A stretch of DNA of 64,000 nucleotides from a virus. The stretch lies in IMG/VR virus record IMGVR_UViG_3300005253_000015, positions 47,457 to 111,456 of that record; one strand, written 5' to 3'. Both the position numbers and the translations under genes were made by a program. Numbering within the stretch: the stretch's first letter is position 1; every line of letters starts with the position of its first letter. Below the pieces are notes generated by a model, which was given only the letters and a program-made list of their open reading frames with translations, had not been told where the DNA came from and did no database searches. Shown one piece after another: positions 9,294 to 17,818 of the stretch.

Positions 9294-9709
9294 TGGTAGA
9301 TAAAGAAACTTATTGGAAGAAAGTTAATTTTATAGTAGATACTTCCATCTTTATTAGAAACGGAGCTTGTAATCGTTGTGGTAAATGTTGTTATGCGTAT
9401 GATGAAGAACATCCCCCAGAAGAGGGAATAAAAGTTCCATGTACTAAATTAAGTTATGATGGTGCTTTAGCAATATGTGGAATTCAAGAAAATAAATATC
9501 AAATCTGTAAAGATAATCCGATTTATCCTACACCATGTATGGTTTCAGAAGCTGTTGATACTTGTGGATATTCTTGGGTAGTTGATAATAGTTTAACAAA
9601 AACAAAAGCATTGGATAAGTTTAATATTATATGTGATGTTTGTCATAGAAAAGAACCATGTACTTATTACGATAAAATAGTTAATGAAATAAATGAGGTG
9701 TGTAAATAA
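9293..9709 (+). CDS. YkgJ/CxxCxxCC family putative Fe-S or Zn-binding protein
   Basis: CNRCGKCC...PCTKL...CGIQENKYQICKDNP pattern; extra CDVCHRKEPC; TAATG coupling to the Cys-rich gene. Confidence 0.75.
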   Translation: MVDKETYWKKVNFIVDTSIFIRNGACNRCGKCCYAYDEEHPPEEGIKVPCTKLSYDGALAICGIQENKYQICKDNPIYPTPCMVSEAVDTCGYSWVVDNSLTKTKALDKFNIICDVCHRKEPCTYYDKIVNEINEVCK

Positions 9710-9777
9710 TAATTCTAAAAAATGCGTCTATAATAACTTTTAACGATTCTACTGTTGAAGTAGAGGATACTGATATT

Positions 9778-10080
9778 ATGGTGAATTCTGATATTCATAT
9801 GTATTATTATCATATAAGACCCCCTAATTTTGACTTTACATCTAAGTCTATACATTTTATAGTTAAGTTTATGAAGAATATTATGGATTTTATACATGGT
9901 ATTGAATCAGGTTATAGGCTTTGTTGTATTATATCATACCTACGAGGAAAGGCTAAGTTCATAAGACCAACACACCAGTATTTTTGTTATAAATGCCAAG
10001 ACAAAATTAAAAAAGGTATTTATAGACATCGTAAGAGACTACTTAAAATTAGAAAAGAATGGAAAGGTCTAGGTAACTAG
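9778..10080 (+). CDS. Hypothetical protein
   Basis: GAGG RBS; GYRLCCI and CYKC motifs. Confidence 0.5.
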   Translation: MVNSDIHMYYYHIRPPNFDFTSKSIHFIVKFMKNIMDFIHGIESGYRLCCIISYLRGKAKFIRPTHQYFCYKCQDKIKKGIYRHRKRLLKIRKEWKGLGN

Positions 10081-10272
10081 TACTTTTTTGTACTACATGC
10101 TTATATGTCTATAAAACAATAGTTATTTAATTCTCTAATATCACAAAATCGGAGAGAAGAGTGTAGAAATGCCCTTTTTTTTGAAGTTATGTGTATTTAG
10201 AGACTAATCTAAATAAAAATTCAATAAAAAAACAACTATTAAAAATTAAATATAAAATTAGAGGAATACAAA

Positions 10273-10800
10273 ATGATAATTTTTATAGATGGCGAGAGAA
10301 AATTTAAATTTATGAAAGGTTACAATATTAAACTCGGGGCTAAGATGTTTAAGATTATGGGAATCGAAGAGTTGCGATGGAAAGAGGCTATTGGTTCTGT
10401 AGCAACTGGAATTGCAACAACTAAAGACTGGGATACATATATGAAACCACTTGATAACTATATATATTTTGTTGAGTATATGGGAATAGACGGGTTCTGT
10501 GGGTTCGCATTACAATTTCCTAAAGGAATTGTTCATGGAGCTCCAAGAGGGCAAACTGAATATGTATATAAAGATGAGGCTGGAAAGCTAAATCCTATGT
10601 TCTATCCGTTTCTAATTTCCTCACCCGACTATCCAACATGGGCTGTATTTAATGCTGCTGCTATCGCTAATAACTCTGATGCTTACTTCTTTGGGGAAAG
10701 ATGGAGAGTTAAAATACTTAGTGGTACTGAGATTCAAGAAATAGGCTCTAATTTTACCGAAATGACTGACTATGCCAATAGTGGTATAGGTCAAGGATAA
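10273..10800 (+). CDS. Putative structural protein (single jelly-roll candidate)
   Basis: GAGG RBS; beta-rich with Gly/Pro turns, FFGERWRV end; first gene of a structural-looking operon; fold is inference. Confidence 0.45.
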   Translation: MIIFIDGERKFKFMKGYNIKLGAKMFKIMGIEELRWKEAIGSVATGIATTKDWDTYMKPLDNYIYFVEYMGIDGFCGFALQFPKGIVHGAPRGQTEYVYKDEAGKLNPMFYPFLISSPDYPTWAVFNAAAIANNSDAYFFGERWRVKILSGTEIQEIGSNFTEMTDYANSGIGQG

Positions 10801-10811
10801 GGTGATTAAAG

Positions 10812-11294
10812 ATGACACGAAAAGTTAGAAATCTGACTCAAGTTATCCAGATGGCGGAAGACGCAGACGGTAAAATTAAATTTGGTGGTCAATTTCCTAT
10901 GGATATAAGTGCTAGGGTTGCTGCGTGGACTGAAGCTGAAGGGCTCGAAGTTGTAGGAGATGGTGTTGCTAATGGTACTACGGTAGTTTCCTTATCTATA
11001 GCTACCCTTACTAAGTTTGCTTGTATGAGCATTTCAGGCAGCACTAATATATCAGCTGTTATAGCTATTGCATCTGGTACTTTAGCTTCACACACAGATA
11101 TATATCATATTGATTTACAAAATGCTGGTGGATTTGTAGCTGTGACTGAAAATACTCCGATATTTGTATATAATAATTCCACTGCTGCTGCTGTGACTCT
11201 TTTGATGTTAGTTCCACAAACAGCAATGGGAGCGGCTACTAACAATGATGCTAATCATTACTTTAATGGTTATATGGGAGGAATACTGATTTAA
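10812..11294 (+). CDS. Putative minor virion protein (beta-rich)
   Basis: GGTGA RBS; Ala/Thr/Val/Gly-rich beta pattern. Confidence 0.55.
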   Translation: MTRKVRNLTQVIQMAEDADGKIKFGGQFPMDISARVAAWTEAEGLEVVGDGVANGTTVVSLSIATLTKFACMSISGSTNISAVIAIASGTLASHTDIYHIDLQNAGGFVAVTENTPIFVYNNSTAAAVTLLMLVPQTAMGAATNNDANHYFNGYMGGILI

Positions 11295-11295
11295 A

Positions 11296-11574
11296 ATGTC
11301 TCAAAACGAAGCTGATAAGGATAAACCTACTATTATTAATAGTCAACCTCGGCAAGTTAAAGAAAACCCTTTGGTAGCTATAGGGAAAGTTATTAATAAT
11401 CATGCCCTGTCTATCAATGAAATAAAGAATGCTTTTGGTCTTAGCCAAATTGATATTAAGGCTAATAAAGCTACTGCTGAGATATTTGATAAACGGTTTA
11501 CCCTTTTCGAGAGACAACTTGACAATTTAGATAAGGAACTCTCTCGATTAAGAAAACAAATTAACGAAGAATAA
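11296..11574 (+). CDS. Coiled-coil hypothetical protein
   Basis: Heptad pattern FERQLDNLDKELSRLRKQI; GGAGG RBS. Confidence 0.6.
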   Translation: MSQNEADKDKPTIINSQPRQVKENPLVAIGKVINNHALSINEIKNAFGLSQIDIKANKATAEIFDKRFTLFERQLDNLDKELSRLRKQINEE

Positions 11575-11588
11575 AAGGTGAAATAAAC

Positions 11589-12869
11589 ATGGCTATAATT
11601 CAAAGAAGTGGGGCTTCAAGAATAGACCCAGACACTATTAGATTTGTTGATAGACTAGACACAGACTTATCTCATTATTTTGAGATTAATGTTGACGATA
11701 CTAATAATTTGATTGATTTTCTTGCCAAGATAGGCGATTTTAGGTTTAAGGATGCTGATGATTCAGATAACTCTGATACCTTTCAGATAGTAGCTGATGA
11801 TGCTGGTGGCTCAGTAATACAGAAAACATCAATGATAACTGATGGAACAGTATACGATATAATAGCGACTGGTACTATTACTGGTGCTGTTGCTACTGTT
11901 GATATTGATTATATATCAATAGATTTAGATTCTTTAGTTCTTAATGATGCTGCTACAAGTGCTCTAACTATTGTTGGTCAGAGGATTGATTTTAATGGAG
12001 CTACTTTAACTGCTATAACATTATCTACTGTATATGGTCTATATATTGATATGCCTACTGGTTTAGGTGTAGCATCGAAGACTATGGAAGGAGCATATAT
12101 TATAGATGGTGAAGGACATATAGCTCATTTATGTAATGGTTCTATGGCTGTTTCTGCTATGGGTATAAACGAAGAAAAATATTATAAATGCGAAGATTTT
12201 GACGAAGAGGCTGCTGCTGTCACCCTAGAAGCTGGGTTAAGAACTGATGAATGGGCTCCTGGTGGTCTTAATGATACTGCTGCTGATGTAACTTATATTC
12301 AAGACCAAGGCGGAGTTATTCAATTAAAGTCACGAGCAGCAGATAATGACAGTACAGAGATTACTTGGTTAAGCACTGCTGTTAATATCGCATCTAATCC
12401 GATTTTAGAATTTCGAGTGAATGTTGATGCTATAACAGCTTCTCTTACTGGATTCTTTGTGGGAATAACTGAAACGGCAAATATTCAAAATATAAATGAT
12501 ATTGTTGGTGCTGTTGATGATTTCTATGTCGTTGGTATGAACAGCGATTTGGGTACTCCAGCAAATCTCAGAGCCTTTTCTGAGGATAATAATGGTGGAT
12601 TAGTTACTGATAATTTAGGTGTTGCTATTGCAGCTACTTGGTGTACCATAAGAATGGACTTTACTGATACTGAACAGCCTAGAGTATGGATTAATACCAC
12701 TGGTGGAGCAATTGACTCAAGTCATGAAATTGCTGCGGCAACTATTACTGGTACTGTACAAGACTCTATATATGTATTTCCAGTTATATTTGTTCAATGC
12801 TTAGATGTCACCCCAACTCAACGAACTTTACTAGTGGACTATTGCAAAATCTGGCAAGATAGAAGTTAA
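11589..12869 (+). CDS. Putative spike protein with C-terminal ConA/lectin-like domain
   Basis: GGTGA RBS; acidic and beta-rich; WCTIRMDF...VWIN and terminal LLVDYCKIWQDR. Confidence 0.6.
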   Translation: MAIIQRSGASRIDPDTIRFVDRLDTDLSHYFEINVDDTNNLIDFLAKIGDFRFKDADDSDNSDTFQIVADDAGGSVIQKTSMITDGTVYDIIATGTITGAVATVDIDYISIDLDSLVLNDAATSALTIVGQRIDFNGATLTAITLSTVYGLYIDMPTGLGVASKTMEGAYIIDGEGHIAHLCNGSMAVSAMGINEEKYYKCEDFDEEAAAVTLEAGLRTDEWAPGGLNDTAADVTYIQDQGGVIQLKSRAADNDSTEITWLSTAVNIASNPILEFRVNVDAITASLTGFFVGITETANIQNINDIVGAVDDFYVVGMNSDLGTPANLRAFSEDNNGGLVTDNLGVAIAATWCTIRMDFTDTEQPRVWINTTGGAIDSSHEIAAATITGTVQDSIYVFPVIFVQCLDVTPTQRTLLVDYCKIWQDRS

Positions 12870-12972
12870 AATTTAATATTAAATTCTTTTTTTGTTTTTT
12901 TTCCTTAACTTTTTTATAGTCTCTAACCGATATTGTATTAAGAGCATAAAATATTTCTAACGATTATATATA

Positions 12973-13197
12973 ATGAGTGATAAGTTTAATTTAATACGAG
13001 AGCTAAAAGATAGTTTAAACGAGCTTAATTCACTTAATAGACCTCAACACACCCGATATAGTAATTATGGTTTTCCCTCTAAATATGAAATATCTGATAG
13101 TGTAGTTAAAAAACTCAGTTTTATTGGAATATTTTTTATATTAGGAACTTTACTTGGTCTTGCGATTAGTTTAATTGCTAAACAAAATAAGAAATGA
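12973..13197 (+). CDS. Small C-terminally anchored membrane protein, paralogue of 1731..1931
   Basis: KFNLIRELK vs KLALINDIK; TM segment followed by NKK. Confidence 0.65.
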   Translation: MSDKFNLIRELKDSLNELNSLNRPQHTRYSNYGFPSKYEISDSVVKKLSFIGIFFILGTLLGLAISLIAKQNKK

Positions 13198-13203
13198 TGA
13201 TGT

Positions 13204-13722
13204 ATGGAAGATGCTGGTTTTGAGAATCTTACTGTTGAACAGTTGCAAAAATATATAAAACAGACTAAAGATAGAATAGCTATTATTACTAATACTGAAA
13301 AAATTAAAAATACAATAAAAAAAGATGAAGCTCCCACTAATATTACTGTAAACATAGAGGACATCTATACAACTAGAACCGTAATAAAAACAGAAGAGAC
13401 TATTACTGCTTTTTATGAAATCGCTAGAGCTGGTGGGAAGGGGTTAATCAATCAGATATTATATAAAACGGATTCTAATGATTATACAGTACAGATTTTC
13501 CTAGATAATTATACTTTATTTGATAGAGATTATTCATATTTCTATGATTATTCATCCATATTAGAAAATATTAGTGCCTATGACCTAGCTGGTTATTATT
13601 ATCTAAGTATTAGAACCCTAAATTTCTTAGAGAAATTTATTATAAATGTAGTTCCGAATTCGAGCATTACCTTTAATGAGATTCATGTGAAATATACCAT
13701 TAGAGACGAGCATTATATATAG
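13204..13722 (+). CDS. Putative virion beta-sandwich protein (paralogue family)
   Basis: N-terminus FENLTVEQLQK like 1954..2643; C-domain like 1124..1612. Confidence 0.65.
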   Translation: MEDAGFENLTVEQLQKYIKQTKDRIAIITNTEKIKNTIKKDEAPTNITVNIEDIYTTRTVIKTEETITAFYEIARAGGKGLINQILYKTDSNDYTVQIFLDNYTLFDRDYSYFYDYSSILENISAYDLAGYYYLSIRTLNFLEKFIINVVPNSSITFNEIHVKYTIRDEHYI

Positions 13723-13723
13723 A

Positions 13724-13999
13724 TTACTTATTCTCTAAAGCCATTATACGGGCTTCTAAATCTATATTTTTAGCTTCTAATTCTTCTATTTTTATTTGTT
13801 CGGGAGTTTTTTGAGGGATTATATTTCTATTTGGCGAGTCTTTCAGACTTATATTGTTTATAGAATCCCAAGAATCATAACTAACCCAATCTCCCATAGG
13901 TAAATCTAAATAATCCTTATCATCAATAGAATTATCTCTTTTATTTATTAATTTTGAACAAATATCGTGTATTTTTCCATCTTTTATTCCTAATTTCAT
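13724..13999 (-). CDS. Putative fibre assembly chaperone
   Basis: Directly downstream of the fibre gene; TPEQIKIEELEAKNIDLEARIMALE coiled-coil end. Confidence 0.5.
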   Translation of the reverse strand: MKLGIKDGKIHDICSKLINKRDNSIDDKDYLDLPMGDWVSYDSWDSINNISLKDSPNRNIIPQKTPEQIKIEELEAKNIDLEARIMALENK

Positions 14000-14006
14000 T
14001 ATTTTT

Positions 14007-14158
14007 AACCTAGTTTTATATATTATAAAATAGATATTAAATTAATAAATATAACTATTAACCCCATACAGCAATAAGAGCTTGTATTTTATCATAAACA
14101 GCATTCTTACTGGGAGCGATTGTAGTCACCCCATTCCAAGAGGCAGCATAAGCAGTAT
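14007..14158 (-). repeat. Right arm of inverted repeat (partner 6311..6462)
   Basis: Includes the fibre C-terminal codons, the stop and the intergenic region. Confidence 0.95.
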
Positions 14159-16952
14159 TAGAAGGAGCAGTATGTAGAGCAGTAACTTGTGCTGCTGTTA
14201 AGTGTTGTTCATTAACATTTCCATTGGGAAGTGTAATACTATCGTGTGTTAAATCTCCCCCTACAGTAGCAGCATGGTCTCTTGCCGCAATATCAACTCC
14301 GTCTACAGTTCCACTAACAGTTATATTACCAGTTATATCTAGACTTGCTACTCCAGCACCACTATTATTAATCGAAAAAACAGTAGCACCAGCATTCACC
14401 ATGTCTATAGATATACTCCCAGTAGTTGCAAAAGCAAAAGCTCCACCATTGCTATTAATACCATCAAATTGTAATGTATCTCCATCATGAACATGAGCTA
14501 CGGGGGCTGGTTGTGCTTGAAAGCTTGGGGCTGCTGCGACACCATTCCCAATCAGTATTGTTGCTGCTGCTCCAGTCGCTATTTCAGTCATAACACCAGC
14601 TCCATTAGTACAATATACCTTCCAATTATTAACTGCTGTAGGCATATTTGTGATACTAAGAGCAGATACATCAACGCCATCAACAGTCTCAGCTCCAGCC
14701 ATCGTAATATTAACGCCATTCATTTGTAGACCACCTGTTATTACTAAGGCATTAGCTTCTATATAAGCATGTGCCTCTGCGTCAGTATATTTTTGACCAA
14801 AAGCCATAGCATCTTGAGCCGCAGAACCATTACCAAGACCAGTTATTTTAGAAGTTCCCATAACGATTGGAATACCCATTGTTAATTCAGTGGCAGTCAT
14901 AGTCATTTTAGCAGAATTATTAATTCTAAAAACAACACTTTGACCAGTAGCAGCATTCAATAAAGTAAGTCCAGTAGCATTTTGTGCTAAAGCATAATTA
15001 GTTCCAGATAACATATCTCTATGACTAAAAACCATCCAATCAGCAGTCGTACTTCCTAATGCTGCTCTTCCAAAAGTAAAGGTTAAATCCTCATCGGCAG
15101 AAGTAATAACTTGAGTGCCGTGAAGGGTCATACCAGCCGAGTTGATTAGCGGAGTGTAATTATCCCCGACAGTATAATTAGGGTCTTCCTTCTCTCCATA
15201 AGCATCTAAATAAAAATAATCAGTAGAATCTCCAAAACATTTAATATGTATTCTATTTACACCAGAAACCATATTATCATCAGTAGAGACATTATTGGCT
15301 TCTAATACATCATTTACATATATATCTTGAGTGTTATCTGCTCTCCATACTAACTGAACATGATATAAAATATTATTTGAAACAACAATAAGAGCAACCC
15401 ACGCAGCTCCGTTATAATAATCCATACTACTTGCTGTTATACGGAGGCGATTTATATAACCGACGCCTCCTTCAAAAGTATAAAACTCCCAATATTTTGT
15501 TACATCATTAGTTCCAATCCAGAATTCATGAGTTCCACTTGTAGCCTGAGTTATGCTATGATATATGGTTGGATCTTCTCCTCCAGTAGCATCATCTTGT
15601 AATCGTAATACTTTTTTATGACCTTGCCATTCATCAACAATAATACATTCTCCATCATAGAGAGTTGCTGCATCTATAAATGGTATATCTGTACCTTCCG
15701 TACCTACAGGCACATCCTTAAAATTATATGTAGCCCAGAATATTCCAGCTTCAATCCCACCTTTTATATTTCCTATGCTCTTTATATCGTTTCCATCCAT
15801 AACAATATTGCCACTCATCTGTCCGCCAGTAAGGGGTAGCATTAAGTCTGCATATTCCTTTACTGTAGTATTTGTAGGAACTTTTACATCACTGTTAGCT
15901 AATGCGGCAATATCGCCCAACGTAGTTATAGTAGCCCCAGTACCTATTTTTATACTTGATTTAACGGTTAATATTCCACCTGTGGTAAGACTCATAGCAC
16001 CATCATTTTGGGCATCATCAGAATCTCTCCAAACAAATCCTCTATCAGCATCAGGGTTCATAGTAAAGGTCATAGCCCAGTCATTAAGTCCTCCATAGGT
16101 CATAGCACTATGCATACCAATAGTATAAACACTCAAATTATATACTCTAAGTTTGTCGTAATCTGATTCGGCTCGAGTTGATATTCTATTAACATTGTTG
16201 ATATCATAAAAACCCATATCAATATCACCATTCATAGTATCCCCAACAAGTTTAAGATAAACATCTGCTGCCGCTATTGCTGCAACAGCTTCAGCATCTG
16301 TATAGACTGCATGAAGTGCAGCCACTTGAGCAGCAGAAATATGTTCATAGACAGTACCAGCATTTATATTAGCTAAGTCATTATGATTTAAATCTCCTGC
16401 TACTGTCGCAGTATGATGTGCAGTAGCAACCCCTGTATGAGTGGATATTAAAGCATCTATTGCAATATCAATAGTACCAGCGGGATTAGTATTTTGCACA
16501 ACAATTCTTGCATCTACTTCTGCATCAGTGTATTTAGCATGATGGTCTCCAGCTATTGCTTTATGTGTTGCTATTAGTGAATCTATAGCATTATCTATGG
16601 ATTGACCATCTACTATTTCTGCTATAATAATAGTTTCTACTTCTGTAGTTGTGCTATTAGCATCTATTAATATATCCATTGCAGCTATCTTGTCATAAAC
16701 AGCATTTTGACTTGGAGCATGTGTAGTGTCTCCATTCCAACCAACTCCATAGACATCATCCTCTATTAATGCTACGGCAGCAGCGGCTATTGATTCGATT
16801 TTGTCATATACAGCATTCTTGCTGGGTGCTACATCAGTAATAGCATTCCAAGCAGCAGCATATACATCATCGGATATTAATTCGTCAATAGCCTTAATTA
16901 TCTCGATGTCTACATTCTCATTTAGCATAAGTCGTCTAAAATTATTACTCAT
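14058..16952 (-). CDS. Mosaic fibre/adhesin with His-rich shaft repeats and an internal lectin-like domain
   Basis: YTDAE x3, TVDGVD x2, H(I/L)xAAQVxALH x2, YLKLVGDTMNGDI/LPLTGGQMSGNI fibre motifs, APS(K/Q)NAVYDKI x3. Confidence 0.8.
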   Translation of the reverse strand: MSNNFRRLMLNENVDIEIIKAIDELISDDVYAAAWNAITDVAPSKNAVYDKIESIAAAAVALIEDDVYGVGWNGDTTHAPSQNAVYDKIAAMDILIDANSTTTEVETIIIAEIVDGQSIDNAIDSLIATHKAIAGDHHAKYTDAEVDARIVVQNTNPAGTIDIAIDALISTHTGVATAHHTATVAGDLNHNDLANINAGTVYEHISAAQVAALHAVYTDAEAVAAIAAADVYLKLVGDTMNGDIDMGFYDINNVNRISTRAESDYDKLRVYNLSVYTIGMHSAMTYGGLNDWAMTFTMNPDADRGFVWRDSDDAQNDGAMSLTTGGILTVKSSIKIGTGATITTLGDIAALANSDVKVPTNTTVKEYADLMLPLTGGQMSGNIVMDGNDIKSIGNIKGGIEAGIFWATYNFKDVPVGTEGTDIPFIDAATLYDGECIIVDEWQGHKKVLRLQDDATGGEDPTIYHSITQATSGTHEFWIGTNDVTKYWEFYTFEGGVGYINRLRITASSMDYYNGAAWVALIVVSNNILYHVQLVWRADNTQDIYVNDVLEANNVSTDDNMVSGVNRIHIKCFGDSTDYFYLDAYGEKEDPNYTVGDNYTPLINSAGMTLHGTQVITSADEDLTFTFGRAALGSTTADWMVFSHRDMLSGTNYALAQNATGLTLLNAATGQSVVFRINNSAKMTMTATELTMGIPIVMGTSKITGLGNGSAAQDAMAFGQKYTDAEAHAYIEANALVITGGLQMNGVNITMAGAETVDGVDVSALSITNMPTAVNNWKVYCTNGAGVMTEIATGAAATILIGNGVAAAPSFQAQPAPVAHVHDGDTLQFDGINSNGGAFAFATTGSISIDMVNAGATVFSINNSGAGVASLDITGNITVSGTVDGVDIAARDHAATVGGDLTHDSITLPNGNVNEQHLTAAQVTALHTAPSNTAYAASWNGVTTIAPSKNAVYDKIQALIAVWG

Positions 16953-17058
16953 AATAATTTATGGGGCGTTAAAATATTTTAAACTTACTTTTTTATAGTT
17001 TTTTACCAATATTATTATGGAATGAAAAAAGTGGATATTAATAACCTAACTATTATAT

Positions 17059-17361
17059 TTGAGTAATACTGGTATGAATATGACTAATGTAGAATATAAG
17101 GTATCGCTATATCCATCTAAGTATGTGGGTTATCAATCTAAAGCACAAGGAGATGGAATAGTTAAGACTTATATTAGTACTATATGGAAAATGTGTGACT
17201 CTGATTTTTTTAAATTTGTTTTTTGGTTAGATTTTATAACGGTTTTAGAAAGGGTTTGCTTAGAAAGGGGATTTCAAAAGATTAAAATGATAAATAGGTG
17301 TAAACCATATAAAAAACATAATTGTAAAATGGAATGGGTAGCATATAATCTATGTTTTTGA
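17059..17361 (+). CDS. Hypothetical protein
   Basis: ORF divergent from the fibre gene. Confidence 0.5.
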   Translation: MSNTGMNMTNVEYKVSLYPSKYVGYQSKAQGDGIVKTYISTIWKMCDSDFFKFVFWLDFITVLERVCLERGFQKIKMINRCKPYKKHNCKMEWVAYNLCF

Positions 17362-17367
17362 GAGATA

Positions 17368-17428
17368 TGGTGGGTATGGGAACATTGCTGCTCCAGCTAG
17401 CTTCCAGTGTAAACTCACTTTCACACCC
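17368..17428 (-). ncRNA. Putative miniature tRNA-like RNA with encoded 3' ACCA
   Basis: GGGTGTG...CATACCC 7-bp stem + A + CCA; GGAGCA-GCAA-TGTTCC hairpin stacked on it; GC-rich island in an AT-rich intergenic region. Confidence 0.45.
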
Positions 17429-17580
17429 ATTATAAAAATTTATTATTTGAAATAATACATTTTTCACTTATTAGTGTAAAGCCACCTTTAAATACATTAT
17501 TAGATATAACGGCTCTACCTCTAATAATATTCCAAATTAGTTTTAATTTTAAAAATCTCATAAATAATTAAATATCTGTA

Positions 17581-17595
17581 TGTTAACTTTATAAA
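17581..17595 (-). promoter_or_regulatory. Conserved promoter motif TTTATAAAGTTAACA (copy 1)
   Basis: Identical 15-mer at 38120..38134 and 41099..41113, each ending about 16-20 nt before a minus-strand ATG. Confidence 0.65.
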
Positions 17596-17818
17596 CTTAT
17601 GGTTTACACTTATAAATCTATATGCCCATTATTATTTTGATGACTGTTAAAAAGAATACTAAAAAAAGGAATTCATATTCTGGAAAGCTTTATATAAGAC
17701 GTACTAGTAATCCCTTTTCATATAGTAAAAGTTCAAATCTTTTTAAATGTAAATGTAGTAAAAAGTAGTTTTTTACCACAAACTAACTTTTTTATAGACT
17801 TAATCCTAAGTTATTATT

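Noticed and set aside
6311-14158. Diversity-generating retroelement (TR/VR pair at fibre C-termini)
   Set aside because: Mismatches are mostly synonymous and not adenine-specific, both copies are coding ends, and no reverse transcriptase is present in the window
3850-16998. Short antisense ORFs inside the large structural genes (e.g. 3850..4074, 4726..4941, 8853..9134, 14224..14490, 15775..16098)
   Set aside because: Shadow frames of strongly coding opposite-strand genes, with no RBS or motifs
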